DNA from: the human T2T-CHM13v2.0 reference genome, Homo sapiens
Reading direction: 5' to 3'
Assembly: GCA_009914755.4 (NCBI GenBank)
Contig: CP086569.2
Span: 20,640,001-20,704,000 of the forward strand
DNA length: 64,000 nt
Shown: one piece after another, positions 1 to 14,125 of the stretch
Numbering within the stretch: the first letter of the stretch is position 1
Layout of the letters: every line of letters begins with the position of its first letter
The notes under the pieces: model-generated
Told to the model about the DNA's origin: nothing
Database searches by the model: none
Seen by the model: the letters and a program-made list of their open reading frames with translations, nothing else
Program-made: the position numbers and the translations under genes

Positions 1-118
1 TTTTTAAATATATATACACACAAACATACACACACAAATTATATGTGTATATATACATATATACATGCATATATACACATACATATGCACGCATATACAC
101 ACATGCATATGACAAATC
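1..118. repeat. Compound (CA)n/(TA)n/(TATG)n microsatellite
   Basis: Direct read: tatatacacacaaacatacacacacaaattatatgtgtatatatacatatatac... low-complexity dinucleotide tracts. Confidence 0.85.
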
Positions 119-139
119 AGAATATTTATAAACATAAGA

Positions 140-441
<302 letters not shown>

Positions 442-504
442 TCAACAGAATTATCAGGAAAAGGTTTCATAAAATAAAAATCTTTTAAACTTATGAAAGA
501 TGCT

Positions 505-1250
505 CAATATAAAAAACTGTAAACCAGGGAAATGCAAATAAAAATTACAATGAAATACTACACACCTCCCAGAATGGCTAAAATGAAAACAAAACTGTCA
601 ATTCTAAGTGTTAGTGAGGACATGTGGTAACCAGAACTGGCATCCAATACTAGCTGATAAACTCGTCAATCATTTGTAAAAACAGTCTGACAATAATCCA
701 CTAGTGAAAATATACATAGTCTCAGTCACAGCAATTCTATCCTGTCTATCTAGGTAACAGAAATGTCTACATACGTTACCTAGAAACATATACTTTAATA
801 TCCACAGAATTACTTGAAATAGCCAAAAATTGGTAACTACCAAAAGTTGAATGGTAAAACAGATAGAAAAAAAGCTATGCCTAACAAAACTACACTTAAT
901 AGAACACAAGCGTGAGCATTAATAGAACCATATAAATGCATTTTTTGAACCACTAAAAGAAGAAGCCAATACAAAAGAGGTGATTAATTGAAAGTACACG
1001 AACAAGTAAAAGTAATCCAGATATTTTTGTGTATGGGTGATACACAGAAATAAAAACAAAAGCAATGGAATGAAGTTAACTACTAGCTGTAAGGGTTAGA
1101 AAGTAGTGATCAATGACTCCTACACTTCCAGACTGATGACAGCTCTACCTTGTGTCTATAAAATGCAAAACAGTGAGACAAGTGGGAACAGGACAGTGGT
1201 AGTAAACATGATCTCCCAATCATCAGGTGGAAATGACTAAGAGAAACACA
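505..1250 (+). mobile_element. Old LINE-1 (L1M/L1PB-like) 3' ORF2 fragment, sense
   Basis: gggaaatgcaaataaaaattacaatgaaatactacacacctcccagaatggctaaaatgaaaacaa... matches the conserved L1 ORF2 C-terminal region (gaaatgcaaatcaaaaccacaatgagatacca...). Diverged. Confidence 0.6.
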
Positions 1251-1901
1251 GGAATTTGCAGCTCAAAACAGAAGTCTGTTTGAGAACAAAATTTCTGGAA
1301 ACATCATTTACATAAAGGAAAGGCAAACAAAAATTATCAAAACAGGGTGAGATTAGCTAAAGAGTAAGGAGGAAGGTAGGAATTTTTGTCTTTTTTTTTT
1401 TCTTGTAGTGCAGACTTAAATATGTAAGACATTATAAAAATCTTCCAAGTGAGATGTAGAAAGAATAAAAGAAGATGTAAACATACAAGGGACAAAAGTA
1501 AAAGAAGATAATAGAAAACTGTCACTACTATATGAAATGTGATGATTTGAGAGTCTGGAGGAATTTGCCAAAAACAAATAAACAGCTCTTTAACATAATT
1601 TATATTGGATCACATTATCTCCTATATTAAGCTGTAAAAGTTCAGAAAATGCTAATAGAGTTGAAAAACAGAGTATAGTTTGGTGAAAAGTTCTATCTAA
1701 AAAGACATAAAAATTTTGCTTTTGACTTTAGCTATCTTGAAAACATTTCCTCCCATTTCTAGCCACCCGTCTCTTCAGATAAAAGGGCTCATAAATAAGA
1801 AGAAAGAAGGAAGAAAAAAAGAAAAGTATGATGAATTCATTTTAGGTTCAATATAATCTTGACGGTTCAAAGTAGAATATTACAAAATCATGAGTCCTTA
1901 C

Positions 1902-2047
1902 AAACTGGGCACTGCTGTGATTCTTTCGAAGTTGCATGGTTGTCTTAGTGCAGGGCTCTAGGCTCAAGTGCTGCTTGAGCAATGTTGATGACACGTTCCC
2001 ACCTCCACTTTGCTCATCCTTCACCGTAACAGTTGGGGGGCATGTGA
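1902..2047 (-). CDS. KDM5D: KDM5D coding exon (7th coding exon in the window; encodes ..VTCPPTVTVKDEQSGGGNVSSTLLKQHLSLEPCTKTTMQLRKNHSSAQF, ending at codon 311)
   Basis: Minus-strand translation of ORF 1848..2066. Acceptor ccctag|TCACATGC starts the exon at 2047, entered in phase 1. Donor TTT|gtaagg ends it at 1902. The residues are Y-gametolog specific and differ from KDM5C at this position. Cumulative CDS length is 933 nt = 311 codons. Confidence 0.9.
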
Positions 2048-2170
2048 CTAGGGAAGTAAAAAACAACTATGAAACCAATCCTCTCCTGCATCAAGATTAC
2101 CAAACTATTTCTCCCATGAAACTTTACTATTTTACCCCTCACACTTCCCCAATCTGTTAAAGTTCCTCAC

Positions 2171-2300
2171 CTTTCTTATGCACAGTCTTATCCTTATCCT
2201 TAGCCATAAGGCCCAAGCCCATCATTTTGGGACCTGGCCCATATATCTGTAACTTCTTTAGCTCTGGATGCTTCTCAATGTCCTCCTCTGTAGGCTCTGG
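2171..2300 (-). CDS. KDM5D: KDM5D coding exon ([43 protein letters not shown] + 1 nt)
   Basis: Reverse complement reads ...aaaacag|CCAGAGCCTACAGAGGAGGACATTGAG...CATAAGAAAG|gtgagg. The exon is 130 nt and ends in phase 1, matching the next exon. The protein is colinear with KDM5C/KDM5D. Confidence 0.9.
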
Positions 2301-3249
2301 CTGTTTTAAAAAAGATTCAAACAACGAAGTTAGCTTTACTTATGCAGGTATAAATACTTTATAGGCAAGGTCTGGACAAGTCAGATGGGCTAAAATCAAC
2401 TAACATCCTTTATCCATTTTTGAATGTTTATTAACCACATTTTTACTGTGAGTGTGGTATGGCCAGGTAGGAGCAAATGGATAAATTTGGAAAGTAATGA
2501 ATTTCCTCAACTTTTTTCATGTTATGAAAAAAATGACAAAATAATCCAAGGCTTCCAAGGCTAGTGAAGCTTAAATGTCAGAAATTTATACCTTACAACA
2601 GAGAATTTTGTAATTAAAAATAAGCCCCCCTCTCCAACTGAGTTCAAGATGGAAACAGTTAAGACAGGAAAAATTCTATTCCATTTAAACTCATATCATT
2701 AGAATCATAACTGCTTTCAGACCACAATATAATCACAAACCTGGGAAAATGGAAACTCATTAAGTATCAAAATACAAATCATATGCCACATATATTATAT
2801 ACCATTTTCAGCACTTGTCTCTTCTTAGAGGACACTGTAAAATATATTTTATCATTGTTTAAAATAATTTGTTATATTTTGAAATTAAGCTCTATTACAT
2901 TTTCCGTTTATTTTAAAGCTTTATTCTTACAAATTTTCTATACAGAGGTAAGTTTTCTTCTATTTACATATATAAACATACATGTATACACAGAGAGACA
3001 CAGTAACATATTTTATGCTTTTTTTTTATTCCCACGGCAATTTCTGGAAGCAGAAACGTATATTGCATTACGTCTATGAGAATACATTGCTTATTATAAT
3101 ACTATTCCAGCAATCATTTAACTAACTTTTTAATTATACAACATTGAGGCTGTTTCCCACTTTTTGACATTCTGAAGAGCTAAGTAACTAACTGTATTAA
3201 TCTAATTTTTATTTTATATACCTTATATGGTTTTGACATTTCTGGGGTA

Positions 3250-3650
3250 CCTTGTGGGCTAGGGAGACCAGCTCTTTCAGAGCTGGCTAAACTAAACTAT
3301 ACCTTTACCATATAAACCAAACAATCCCGAGTCCAAACCTCTAACTATTTCCTTTATTTAACTATCATATAGAACCAGTATTTCCCCTTCTGTAAACCAA
3401 CTCAGAGCCATGTACCAAAAACCTACCGGCATCCACTATGCCTCACAGATCCCTGGAATTATTCTAACAAACTAGCCAATTCTGACATTTGATTGCCCTG
3501 CCTTGCCTGTCTCACAGAAATACCAATAAAGGCTGTGACCTGTGCCTTTCACCTTACCTTTTACCTCCTGACTGATTACTGTGGCTCTGTGGGGTATGTT
3601 GTACATCTCATTTGGAAATAAACAGTCAGCAACACTAAACTTTTAGCATT
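3250..3650 (+). mobile_element. LTR-like repeat (probable old ERV/MaLR solo LTR), copy 1
   Basis: ...caaactagccaattctgacatttgattgccctgccttgcctgtctcacagaaataccaataaaggctgtgacctgtgcctttcacc has LTR-type U3/R architecture with an aataaa signal. A related copy lies at 5320-5640. Confidence 0.35.
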
Positions 3651-4384
3651 GACCTCTCCATCTCACCATTACTGAATCATGTCTATAAATTAAGACTCGG
3701 GCACAAATCATTAGTACCTATGTACTTGCTGCATTATTCTTCTCAAAAGACAATTAACAGAAGTTAAGCAGGAGGATGTAAACATTTAAAATTTTAGTAA
3801 CTTCAAATTTTAATTTTAATACAACCCTTCACTACTACAAAGAGTGCACACAATGCCTAGTTCCTCATATCCTTGACACATTTTGGCCATTTCCTAACCA
3901 GTTATGTGAAAGGGATATGTGGTTACTTCATATTTTCAATGTATAAGTGAGGTTAAACACTTTTGATTTATTATTCATCAGGGTTGCTGGAAAAGGAAAC
4001 CTGAAAATAAGCTATGATAAAAAAGAAAAGATTCAATCAGTTTCGTGCTTCTACAACTTTTAAGCACAATATATAATTTTATACACAAAATATTGTATTA
4101 TGTACATTATAGATTTTACATTAATGTTACATAGGTTGTTTCTAACCATTAAATACTTTTTAAAAGAGCTGGTATTTGCTTGTTTTAGAATAAAGTAATA
4201 CCATACTACTCTACATTTCGGACAGTCTACTACCCATTCTTGAATTACAAACACACATAAAATAGAAAAGATGTGTTAGTCCTTATTTCTCCTTTCTTGC
4301 TTTATGCAGAATTTGTAACTTTTTTTTTCTTTATATTTTGGAAGTACTGTCGATTTTTGTACACTGTACAGTTTTAAATTTTGT

Positions 4385-4674
<290 letters not shown>

Positions 4675-5319
4675 AACAATTTTTAAAACCTTTCCTGCAA
4701 AATGGACAATGAACTCTCCCTGCCAAAAAAGTGTCTAAGGATCCATTTTATCTGGAAAAATGTTTAGACCTTTTACTGGTATTTACAACTTGAAACAAAT
4801 TTTACTGGTTTCCTAGTTATTACATGTTCATTTTTCTTATTCAGTTTCTTCCAGACATAATTCTTACTATAAAGAACTAAAGTACTAATACAGAATCCAT
4901 CTGCATTTCAATAATCTTAACTAGATAAAATTTCTCACTTTGGTCTAATTTCTAATATTACAATATCTCAAAATTTAAATATTGTTAGAATTATCCAGAA
5001 AACACCTAAAGATAACACAGCATTGCCTTATTTAAGGTATTTCAGAAATAAAAACATCCAAATCTTATGAAAATGTTGCATATGGAGCAGTGAAAACACA
5101 CTTATATAAAAGTTATTAAAAATATATTGTTTGTATTTTCATTTTCTGAATATTATGATGTTTTAACATCTTAAATCTTTCTGGTTATGACAGATTGTCC
5201 TCCCAGGGTTAGCTACTCCTACAAATACCAAATGGCTCACCCAGGAGTATGACTTTAATGTGTCTTTAATATGTTCACTGACAAATCCAAAGCTAATCCT
5301 TATCTATTCAGCCCATACA

Positions 5320-5640
5320 ATTCATGAGGCAAAGTTCCTCTGCTTTAATTCTAGGGTCAGGCAACTAGGGAATACTGCTGTAGCCTAGAGCCTGCCAAAA
5401 TTATTCAAACTAGCCAATCCCATACTTCTTATCCTGCTCTGTCTTGCCTTTCCCTTGGTAAACCCAATATAGGCTATGGCCTAGGTGCTTTTCTTATTCC
5501 TGCTTCTTCTGCATATCCAAGATAGGTTTTCCTCTCTAGCACTGTGTAGCATATAGTGACTACCTCTCTAAGGCCTGTGATAATAATAAACTTTGCTTTC
5601 CTGAGTCTCTGTGGTCACACCTACTGACCATCACATGGAA
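5320..5640 (+). mobile_element. LTR-like repeat, copy 2 (same family as 3250-3650)
   Basis: caaactagccaatcccatacttcttatcctgctctgtcttgcctttccc...aataataaactttgctttcctgagtctctgtgg shares roughly 70% of its motifs with copy 1. Confidence 0.35.
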
Positions 5641-5738
5641 GACCATAGAATAGAACAAACAGTTAACAATAACTGATTTGTACAGTGTGCTTTGCAAAAA
5701 TCGTTCCAAGATTCACAGAAATTAACAATACCTTATAA

Positions 5739-5860
5739 CCGGGCATGATGGCTAACCTCTGTAACCCCAGCTACTCCAAAGGCTGTAGAGGGAGAATCAC
5801 TTAAGCCTAGGAGTTCGAGAATAGCCTAGCAACACAGCAAGACCCCATCACTTAAAACAA
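5739..5860 (+). mobile_element. Alu monomer-like fragment (FLAM/FRAM or truncated right arm)
   Basis: ccgggcatgatggctaacctctgtaaccccagctactccaaaggctgtagagggagaatcacttaagcctaggagttcgag... Confidence 0.6.
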
Positions 5861-6041
5861 TAGCAATATGTTTTAAAATTTATAAAAGCAAAACTACAAA
5901 GACAAAATATTATAAACCAGACCTATGAACAAAATAATTAATAATTCATTTCAATTAATTTTATCCTGAACCAGACATATGTAAAACAATGCATTCAGCA
6001 ATGAATTTTCCCCAATATCAAGGTCTAGATGAACCTTCTCA

Positions 6042-6212
<171 letters not shown>

Positions 6213-6545
6213 CTAGAGAGAAAAAAATATATAGAATCAGAAATTGAGTCATATTTGTAATAAGTGATTCCTTCATTTACAACTCTAGCAAATAAAGCTG
6301 TAGTTCTTTCTAAATTACACAGGTCCACTCCTCTTGTTCTTTGGATAGAGCACATATCCTGACAATTTTCGTGCCTCTGCTTATGAATGAGCATCACAGA
6401 ATATGAAAGAACATGGTCTTTGGACTGTATTGATATCAATCTGGGTTTTTACTCTTATTCTCTGTGTGCTTTCAGCAAACATACTGAACTTCTCTCTTTG
6501 TGCTTCAATTTCCTGGATGAAAAACAAGTAATAAAAATACTCAAT

Positions 6546-6728
6546 CTGGGTGTGGTGGCTTAAGCCTATAATTCCAGAACTTTGGGAGGTCGAGGCAGGT
6601 GGATCATGGGGTCAAGAGATCAAGACCATTCTGGCCAAATGGTGAAACCCTGTCTCGGTAAAATACAAAAGTTAGTAGAGCCTGGGTGACAGAGTGAGAC
6701 TGTCTCAAAAAACAAAACAAAACAAAAA
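6546..6728 (+). mobile_element. Alu SINE with internal deletion, plus orientation
   Basis: tctgggtgtggtggcttaagcctataattccagaactttgggaggtcgaggcaggtggatca...agcctgggtgacagagtgagactgtctcaaaaaacaaaac. About 120 bp of the middle is missing. Confidence 0.85.
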
Positions 6729-6836
6729 TACTGAATCTTTAGAATTATGTACGCTAAGTGAAACATGTTTATAAACATAAATACACAGTTTTTATAAAAT
6801 ATTTTAAAGTTTTACGGATAATAAAACCTAAAAACT

Positions 6837-7112
6837 GGCCAGTCGTGGTGGCTCATGCCTGTAATCCCAACACTTTGGAAGGCTGAGTCAGGTAGATCAC
6901 GAGGTCAAAGGATCGAGACTATCCTGGCCAACATGGTGAAACCCCATCTCTACGAAAAATACAAAAATGAGTGGGCATAGTCACGCGCCTGTAGCCCCAG
7001 CTACTCAGGAGGCTGAGGCAGGAGAATCACTTCAATCCAGGAGGTGGAGGCCGCCTGGCCAGAGTGATAAGCTGCCTCAAAAACAAAACAAACAAACAAA
7101 CAAACAAAAACA
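6837..7112 (+). mobile_element. Alu SINE, plus orientation
   Basis: ggccagtcgtggtggctcatgcctgtaatcccaacactttggaaggctgag...cctggccagagtgataagctgcctcaaaaacaaaacaaacaaaca. Confidence 0.95.
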
Positions 7113-7251
7113 ATTAACTTATTATGTAAAATTACCCTGCTAAATCAGTTTCCACACCCTGAGTTAAACCCAAGTCACACCAAGCTTTTAACCTAAACTA
7201 TCTTCAAGTGAACCAGCCTCATGAAAGCTTAGGAACACCATTATCTTTTTC

Positions 7252-7563
<312 letters not shown>

Positions 7564-7867
7564 TTAAAATAGGAAATGGTTTCCTCTAACTTCTAGTTTA
7601 AGATCTTCTCCATAAAAAGATCTTAGTAAACATCAACCTCATAAGATAGAAAGGTTACTCTAGTTCTTACTTATGTATAGCAGGAATAAAACTATGCCAC
7701 ATAAAGAGGCTGCAAAGTATTTTCTAGGGCCAATTCCTGGAACATCTTCACTCTAGAGATTTAGAATCTATAGACCCTGACTACTCAAGAGAAAAGTCCA
7801 ATCCAAAGAAAAAATACAAAAGAAAACAAAATCACATCAGGCCACAAACCAGTTTAAGGGCCCTCAC

Positions 7868-8038
7868 CACATGGTTGGCTCCAGACTGAAACATTTCATA
7901 GGGGTAAATAATGCGTTCGTAATGTGATCGTAGCAGGGAGCCAATGTTTTTGCCTGGTGGGTAGTGGAGACGCTGGGCAACTCGAGCCCACCGACGATCC
8001 TTGCAGATGGCTTCATAGCCACCTTCCTCAATCACAAT
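7868..8038 (-). CDS. KDM5D: KDM5D coding exon (ARID domain, C-terminal part: [57 protein letters not shown])
   Basis: Lies inside minus ORF 7832..8146. Acceptor tactttcag|ATTGTG at 8038, donor CATGTG|gtgaggg at 7868, 171 nt. ARID motifs GGYE..I...RW..V...L and HYER.I.PYE are present. Residues H in RLHYPP and [15 protein letters not shown] fit KDM5D and not KDM5C. Confidence 0.92.
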
Positions 8039-8173
8039 CTGAAAGTATAAGAAACAATATGGATGAACTGTGAACAGACTGGAAAGGGCTACCAACACAA
8101 CAATGAGACTTGAATATGGGGGGCTGTGCCCTTCCCCCAACACCAATCATTGCAAGACTCAAAGATTACGTCA

Positions 8174-8455
<282 letters not shown>

Positions 8456-9092
8456 TCATCGAGTATGCAGTAAATGAACAAGTATTATTCTATGCTATCT
8501 ACACTTCTCCACCAACGTGCCGGAGCCCCAGCTTCACTGTCTTATCTCACCAGCGGGGTCCACAAAAAGCTCAAATAAGCTGAGTCTTTAATCTATAAAG
8601 AGCTAAGAATGTGCCGTCTTAGGATCAACATCATGTCTAAATTTAAGGAATTATTCTTGGACTTAAAGGTGGCTTGACCAAAAATATGTAGGCTCCAACA
8701 GTATTTAGACTCAATATCATCAAGACACTCATTTAGAATGTACTGATATATAATTCAAAGAATTAAAATATTTTTCTAGTTCATGTAAAAGAGCTGGACA
8801 CAAAACCAGTTTCTGAATCACTGCTTTCTTACTCTAACTCATACACAGCTTCTAGCTACTGATCATAGTCAAAATCCTAAGAGTAAAAGAAAATGACAAA
8901 TCATTCATATACTTTCTATATTGAATACTAAACTGTGAAGACTGAGTTGACTGCTTTAAAGAGCAAGTTTGCCTCTGACATTTTATTAAAGCAGAACATA
9001 TGTAATACCATCACTCTGTTGCTGGATATTTAAAAGATCCTATTTCTTGTCTGAACTCTGCTTCTGTTAAAGAACTAAAAAAAATTTAGTCA

Positions 9093-9460
<368 letters not shown>

Positions 9461-9711
9461 CTATTGAACAGCGAAACAATGCATCATTCTTCCTCAGATA
9501 TTTAAAGCCTTTGTGTTCTACCATTTTTGTGGACATAAATTATGTATTTTATAGAAGACTTTCTCCAAAATCAGTATTCTGGAAAATGGTGGAGTTCGGG
9601 TTCAAATTCAATACATTAGATTTCAAAACTTAAGTTCTACATTATTATGAAACTACAACGGCAAGATTAAAGATCAGATTCCTTTAAAAAAAGTGTGCCT
9701 CCCAATCTTAC

Positions 9712-9789
9712 CTCCAGTTCATTTAGCCTTTGGACGCGAGGAGTAAATCTGAAATTGTCAACTTCTACTGCAAAAGGAGGCTGCCAATC
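9712..9789 (-). CDS. KDM5D: KDM5D coding exon ([26 protein letters not shown]; end of JmjN region)
   Basis: Reverse complement reads ttctag|GATTGGCAGCCTCCTTTTGCAGTAGAAGTTGACAATTTCAGATTTACTCCTCGCGTCCAAAGGCTAAATGAACTGGAG|gtaagattggg. 78 nt, phase 0. Confidence 0.9.
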
Positions 9790-10925
9790 CTAGAAGAAAG
9801 TGTAAGGACCTGGTAACTATGGCACAGTAAAGGATGAAGATAGTGAAAACCACAATCATTTGTTCCCACTCTTTTAAAGTCTTCTGGTAACCATTTTTGT
9901 ACACAAGGGCCTCAAATGATTCCTTCTTCATAATCAAGATTAACTGCAAAAAAAAAAAAAAAAGGAAAAACCCTGCAAATCCAAAACTCTCCTTGATATG
10001 TGTCCTTCGTAACAGACGAAAAAAAAAAAAAAAACCTCTATAATCCCAAGGCTAGAAAGCGACTCGACTTCCAAGGAATGACGCACATCTGAACAAACAC
10101 TATGCTATTTGGGTTATGAGTCCTTACTAAAATGAAGATAAATGTAATGCAGATAAAAAATTGTTTCACTTTTTAAAACCTAAGCCATTATCTCTTCCCA
10201 CTCCCAGCAGTACGAAAAAGTTTAATTGCAAATGCTGAGAAGTGCGAACATCCACATAAAAATAACGTTGCAGCCTGGTTCAATATATGAGAAAAAAGCT
10301 GTATGCTCTGCGAAAACTTTTTGACTTCTCTGAATATTGTGTTAGTTGTTCACGACGACAGCCCAGGCTTATTTCAGTTTACATTCTTAATTCAGTCAAA
10401 CTTCTACGAGGTTCATTTAGTAGTTTTCAGTATAGCAACCCAAAATGGTCTACGTTTAATAATAAATTTAATTGATGGCAAAGGATGCCACATCACTCCC
10501 ATTATTTGCTATATTTGCTACATACATCTAAGGTCATATCAAAGAAAGAAAACACCAGTCCAAGTGGTTAACACACAAGCTTATATAACTTGCTTCTGTC
10601 ATAGATCAAGTACTTCTGAGTAAGCTATTTTTTTGCGGTTAAATGTAATAAAAGCTTGTGTATGCCTAAACTATATTTAATAACAGCAGAACGTAGAAAT
10701 ATTTGAATCTTATATTTTTGTCCCTACAGCAGTCAGATGTTTAGAACCCCGTGGAATGTGGCGATCTGATACTAATATTCTGATGCCAGCTTGTTCGGGT
10801 CAGAAAAGTTAAATGAGAAATTTGGTGCTAAGGGTTTCTGGTCATGAGTGTAAATAACGCCTCGCCAAGTGGTAAACTGCCCCAACGTTCAAACCAAAGG
10901 CTACCCATTCCCAAATTTTGTTTCA

Positions 10926-11220
<295 letters not shown>

Positions 11221-12699
11221 CAATCGTCAGGGATCCTAGTTTTACAGCCACCATCTTGACCTCCGGGCCCTGCAGTGTGGTACGAGCCGTCTCACTCCGC
11301 GGATCGATTTTTCCGGCGCTATTTCCAAACCTGTGAGACCTTCCGCACCTGAGATAAACGCTGAGGACGCAAGAGCGATTTTACCAGAGGAAAACAGTCA
11401 CAGAGCCGTCGCTGGACTCATATTAAACAGTACTGCGACAGAACGAAAAAGCAAGATAAAAATAGTATGGCCGGATCTTTTTTAAAATGGGACCACTGCG
11501 CAAGTTACGCCTGCGTATTGCAGGGAAGGACCGTAAAAGGCTGTGGTGCTGATCAACGAAGGATTTCTCGGAGAAAATTCCTCCTTTGCGGAAATGTCCG
11601 TAGAAACGCACCTTTTTTTTTTCCTGCCAGGACAAACCGCCGGCGATATCCGTTCATGTGAAAGTGTTTACTAACATTCTCTGAAGACTCACTGGGTTCT
11701 CAGCTCGAGAACGTTCCTGTCACAAGACGTTTAGGAGGCAGGATGCCGGTACAATGTATTTATGTTCTTGTAAACTGTTGCATTAACAGTGCACTTCAAG
11801 TGGGCACATTTGTCGTTGGATTTTTTACCAACTCGAGCTTGGACTTTAGGACGGGGAAAAGAAGTGCTAAATGTTTTTGAATAAAACCTTTACTGCACAT
11901 GATAAACATCCCTTAAAAATTACCTAGGAGCACCCTAAATTTTAAAATGATCACAAAGACCTGGACAGATTACAGTAAACCTTCAACATCGCTAAACACA
12001 CGTACCATAAATCAAAAGAAACACACTGCTAATGATCCGTTTTTTGATGTGGAAATATCATGCTGTTTTTAAGGGAAATTATACTTTATTGCGATGTTTT
12101 ATTTCAAAACAAGATGTTACACTTTATTTCCTATAATTTTATTTACAATATTTTACACCCGTTAAGCAAAAATCCCCCTACATTGCTATTCTGTTTTTTT
12201 TTAATCAGTTCACTACTGTAGTATCTTTTTGTTCTCCATATATTTTTGAAAAATACGCAAAAGGTAAGTTTTAAAAATCAAATGGTAGATTTTATTTGGA
12301 AGGGCACTGCCAGAAGTGCCTTAAAGTTTGATAGTTTGACAATTGTTTCGTATTGTACGATTCTTGGCATTTCCGTTTTTTTTTTTAACAATTTATCCAT
12401 TTCATCTAGATTATCGGCTTCATGAGTTTATTATACTACATTACATATATATTCCTGTTTCAAAAGTTGTTACTTAATTTTCTGCTTTCTTTTTCCTAGT
12501 TTTATCTACATACTTTTTCTGTTTCATAAAGTTAGAGTTATAGAGTTCTATTTCATAAAATTAGTTATAGAGCCTGTATTATTTCAAATGATGAGATCTT
12601 TTTTCTCTGTTCAAGATAATTCATTATAATACAGCTTTATATTTTATGAATTCATTAGTAAATAGATATTTCAATTTCTACTTTTAGCTATTATAATGT

Positions 12700-14125
12700 T
12701 GCTATTAGCATTTGTGTACCGGTTTTTGTGTGCATGCTTAGTGTCATTTCTCGTGTGTATACACCTACAAGTAGAATTAGTGGGTTATATGGGAACTTTA
12801 GGTTTAAACTTTTCTTTTCCAAAGCATCTTCATCATTTAATTTCCATCTAAAGTGGAATACCGTTCTAGTTTCTTCATGTCCTCACCAATACTATAATTA
12901 CATGACTTACTGATTTGACCATTACAATGTGTATGAGATCTCATAGAGTTTTGAGTTGGACTTCTTGAATTACTAATGATACAGTAGTGTTGAGCATCTT
13001 TTCGTAAGGTTGTTGGCTTGTTCATATGCTTTATATACCTTCTCTGGAGAAATGTCTATTCAAAATTTTTGGCTCTTTTCACATTGGTTTGTCTTTTTTT
13101 GTTTAGTTGTAATCTTATCTGATTCTTTTATCAAATATTTGATTTTTATAAAAAATAATTCTGTAAGCTGGCTTTTCTCTTTCCTAATAGTAAACTTTGA
13201 ACAGAAAGATTTTTAATTTGATCTTTATCCAGTTTGCTTTTTTCTATTGTCACTTGTACTTTCAGTGTTGCCTCTGAGGGGATTTTGTCTAACCCAAAAT
13301 CACAAGGATGTACTCTTCTCCTCTATTCTAGGACCTTTATAGTATTAGCTTCTACATTAAAGTCTTTGATACATTTTGAGTTAACTTGTGTAAACACTGT
13401 GAAGTAATGATCCAACTCAATATTTTTGCGTGTTGCCATCTAGTTGTCCCAGAATTTGTTGGAAACATTATTATTGCTTCATTAATTGTTCTTGGCACTC
13501 TTGATAACATTCCGTTGGCCATAAATGTATGGGTTTATTCTTGGACTCTCAATTTCGTTCCATATTTATATGTATGTATATATTCTAATGCCATATTGTT
13601 TTTATTGCTGTAGTTTGTGGAAGGTTTGAATTGGGAAAAGTGAGTAATCCCAACTTTCTTCTTGTTTTTTTCGAGACTGTTTGGCTATTATTTGTTTCTT
13701 GTATTTTTATTACCTTGCCTGTTTCTACAGAGAAACAAGCTGGGGTTTCAACAGACAAGCAAGCTGGGACTGAGACAGAAATGTTGAATCTACAGACAAA
13801 TTTAGGAAATATTTCCATCTAAGTTTCCTATACATGGACAAAGCATGTATTTCAATTTATTTAGGTCTTCTTTGGTTTCCTGCAACAAAGTTTTATAGTT
13901 TTTGGTATTTTTTGTATATTAGTATTTAGTATGTATTATATATATTTGAAATTAATTTACTTCAGATTATCTTATTCTATTTCTGCTACTATGAATCAAA
14001 TTTTTAAAAGATTTCCCCTATTAAGGGTTTGTTAGTGATACACAGAAATATGATTAATTTTTGTATGTTGATCTTGTGTTCTGGCACCTTGCTAACTTCA
14101 TTTATTGTAATACATATATTTTTTA
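12700..14125 (-). mobile_element. Old LINE-1 (L1M-like) ORF2 3' fragment, antisense
   Basis: The T-rich strand matches antisense L1 ORF2 (ccaaaatcacaaggatgtactcttctcctctattctaggacctttatagt..., ...gtttgttagtgatacacagaaatatgattaatttttgtatgttgatcttgtgttctggcacc). Confidence 0.55.

Noticed and set aside
11252-11254. The upstream ATG (ATGGTGGCTGTAAAACTAGGATCC...) as an alternative translation start for a longer KDM5D isoform
   Set aside because: With the candidate intron spliced, the frame hits TAG after 12 codons. Unspliced, it hits TAA after 17 codons. It cannot extend the KDM5D ORF, so I treat it as a uORF only.
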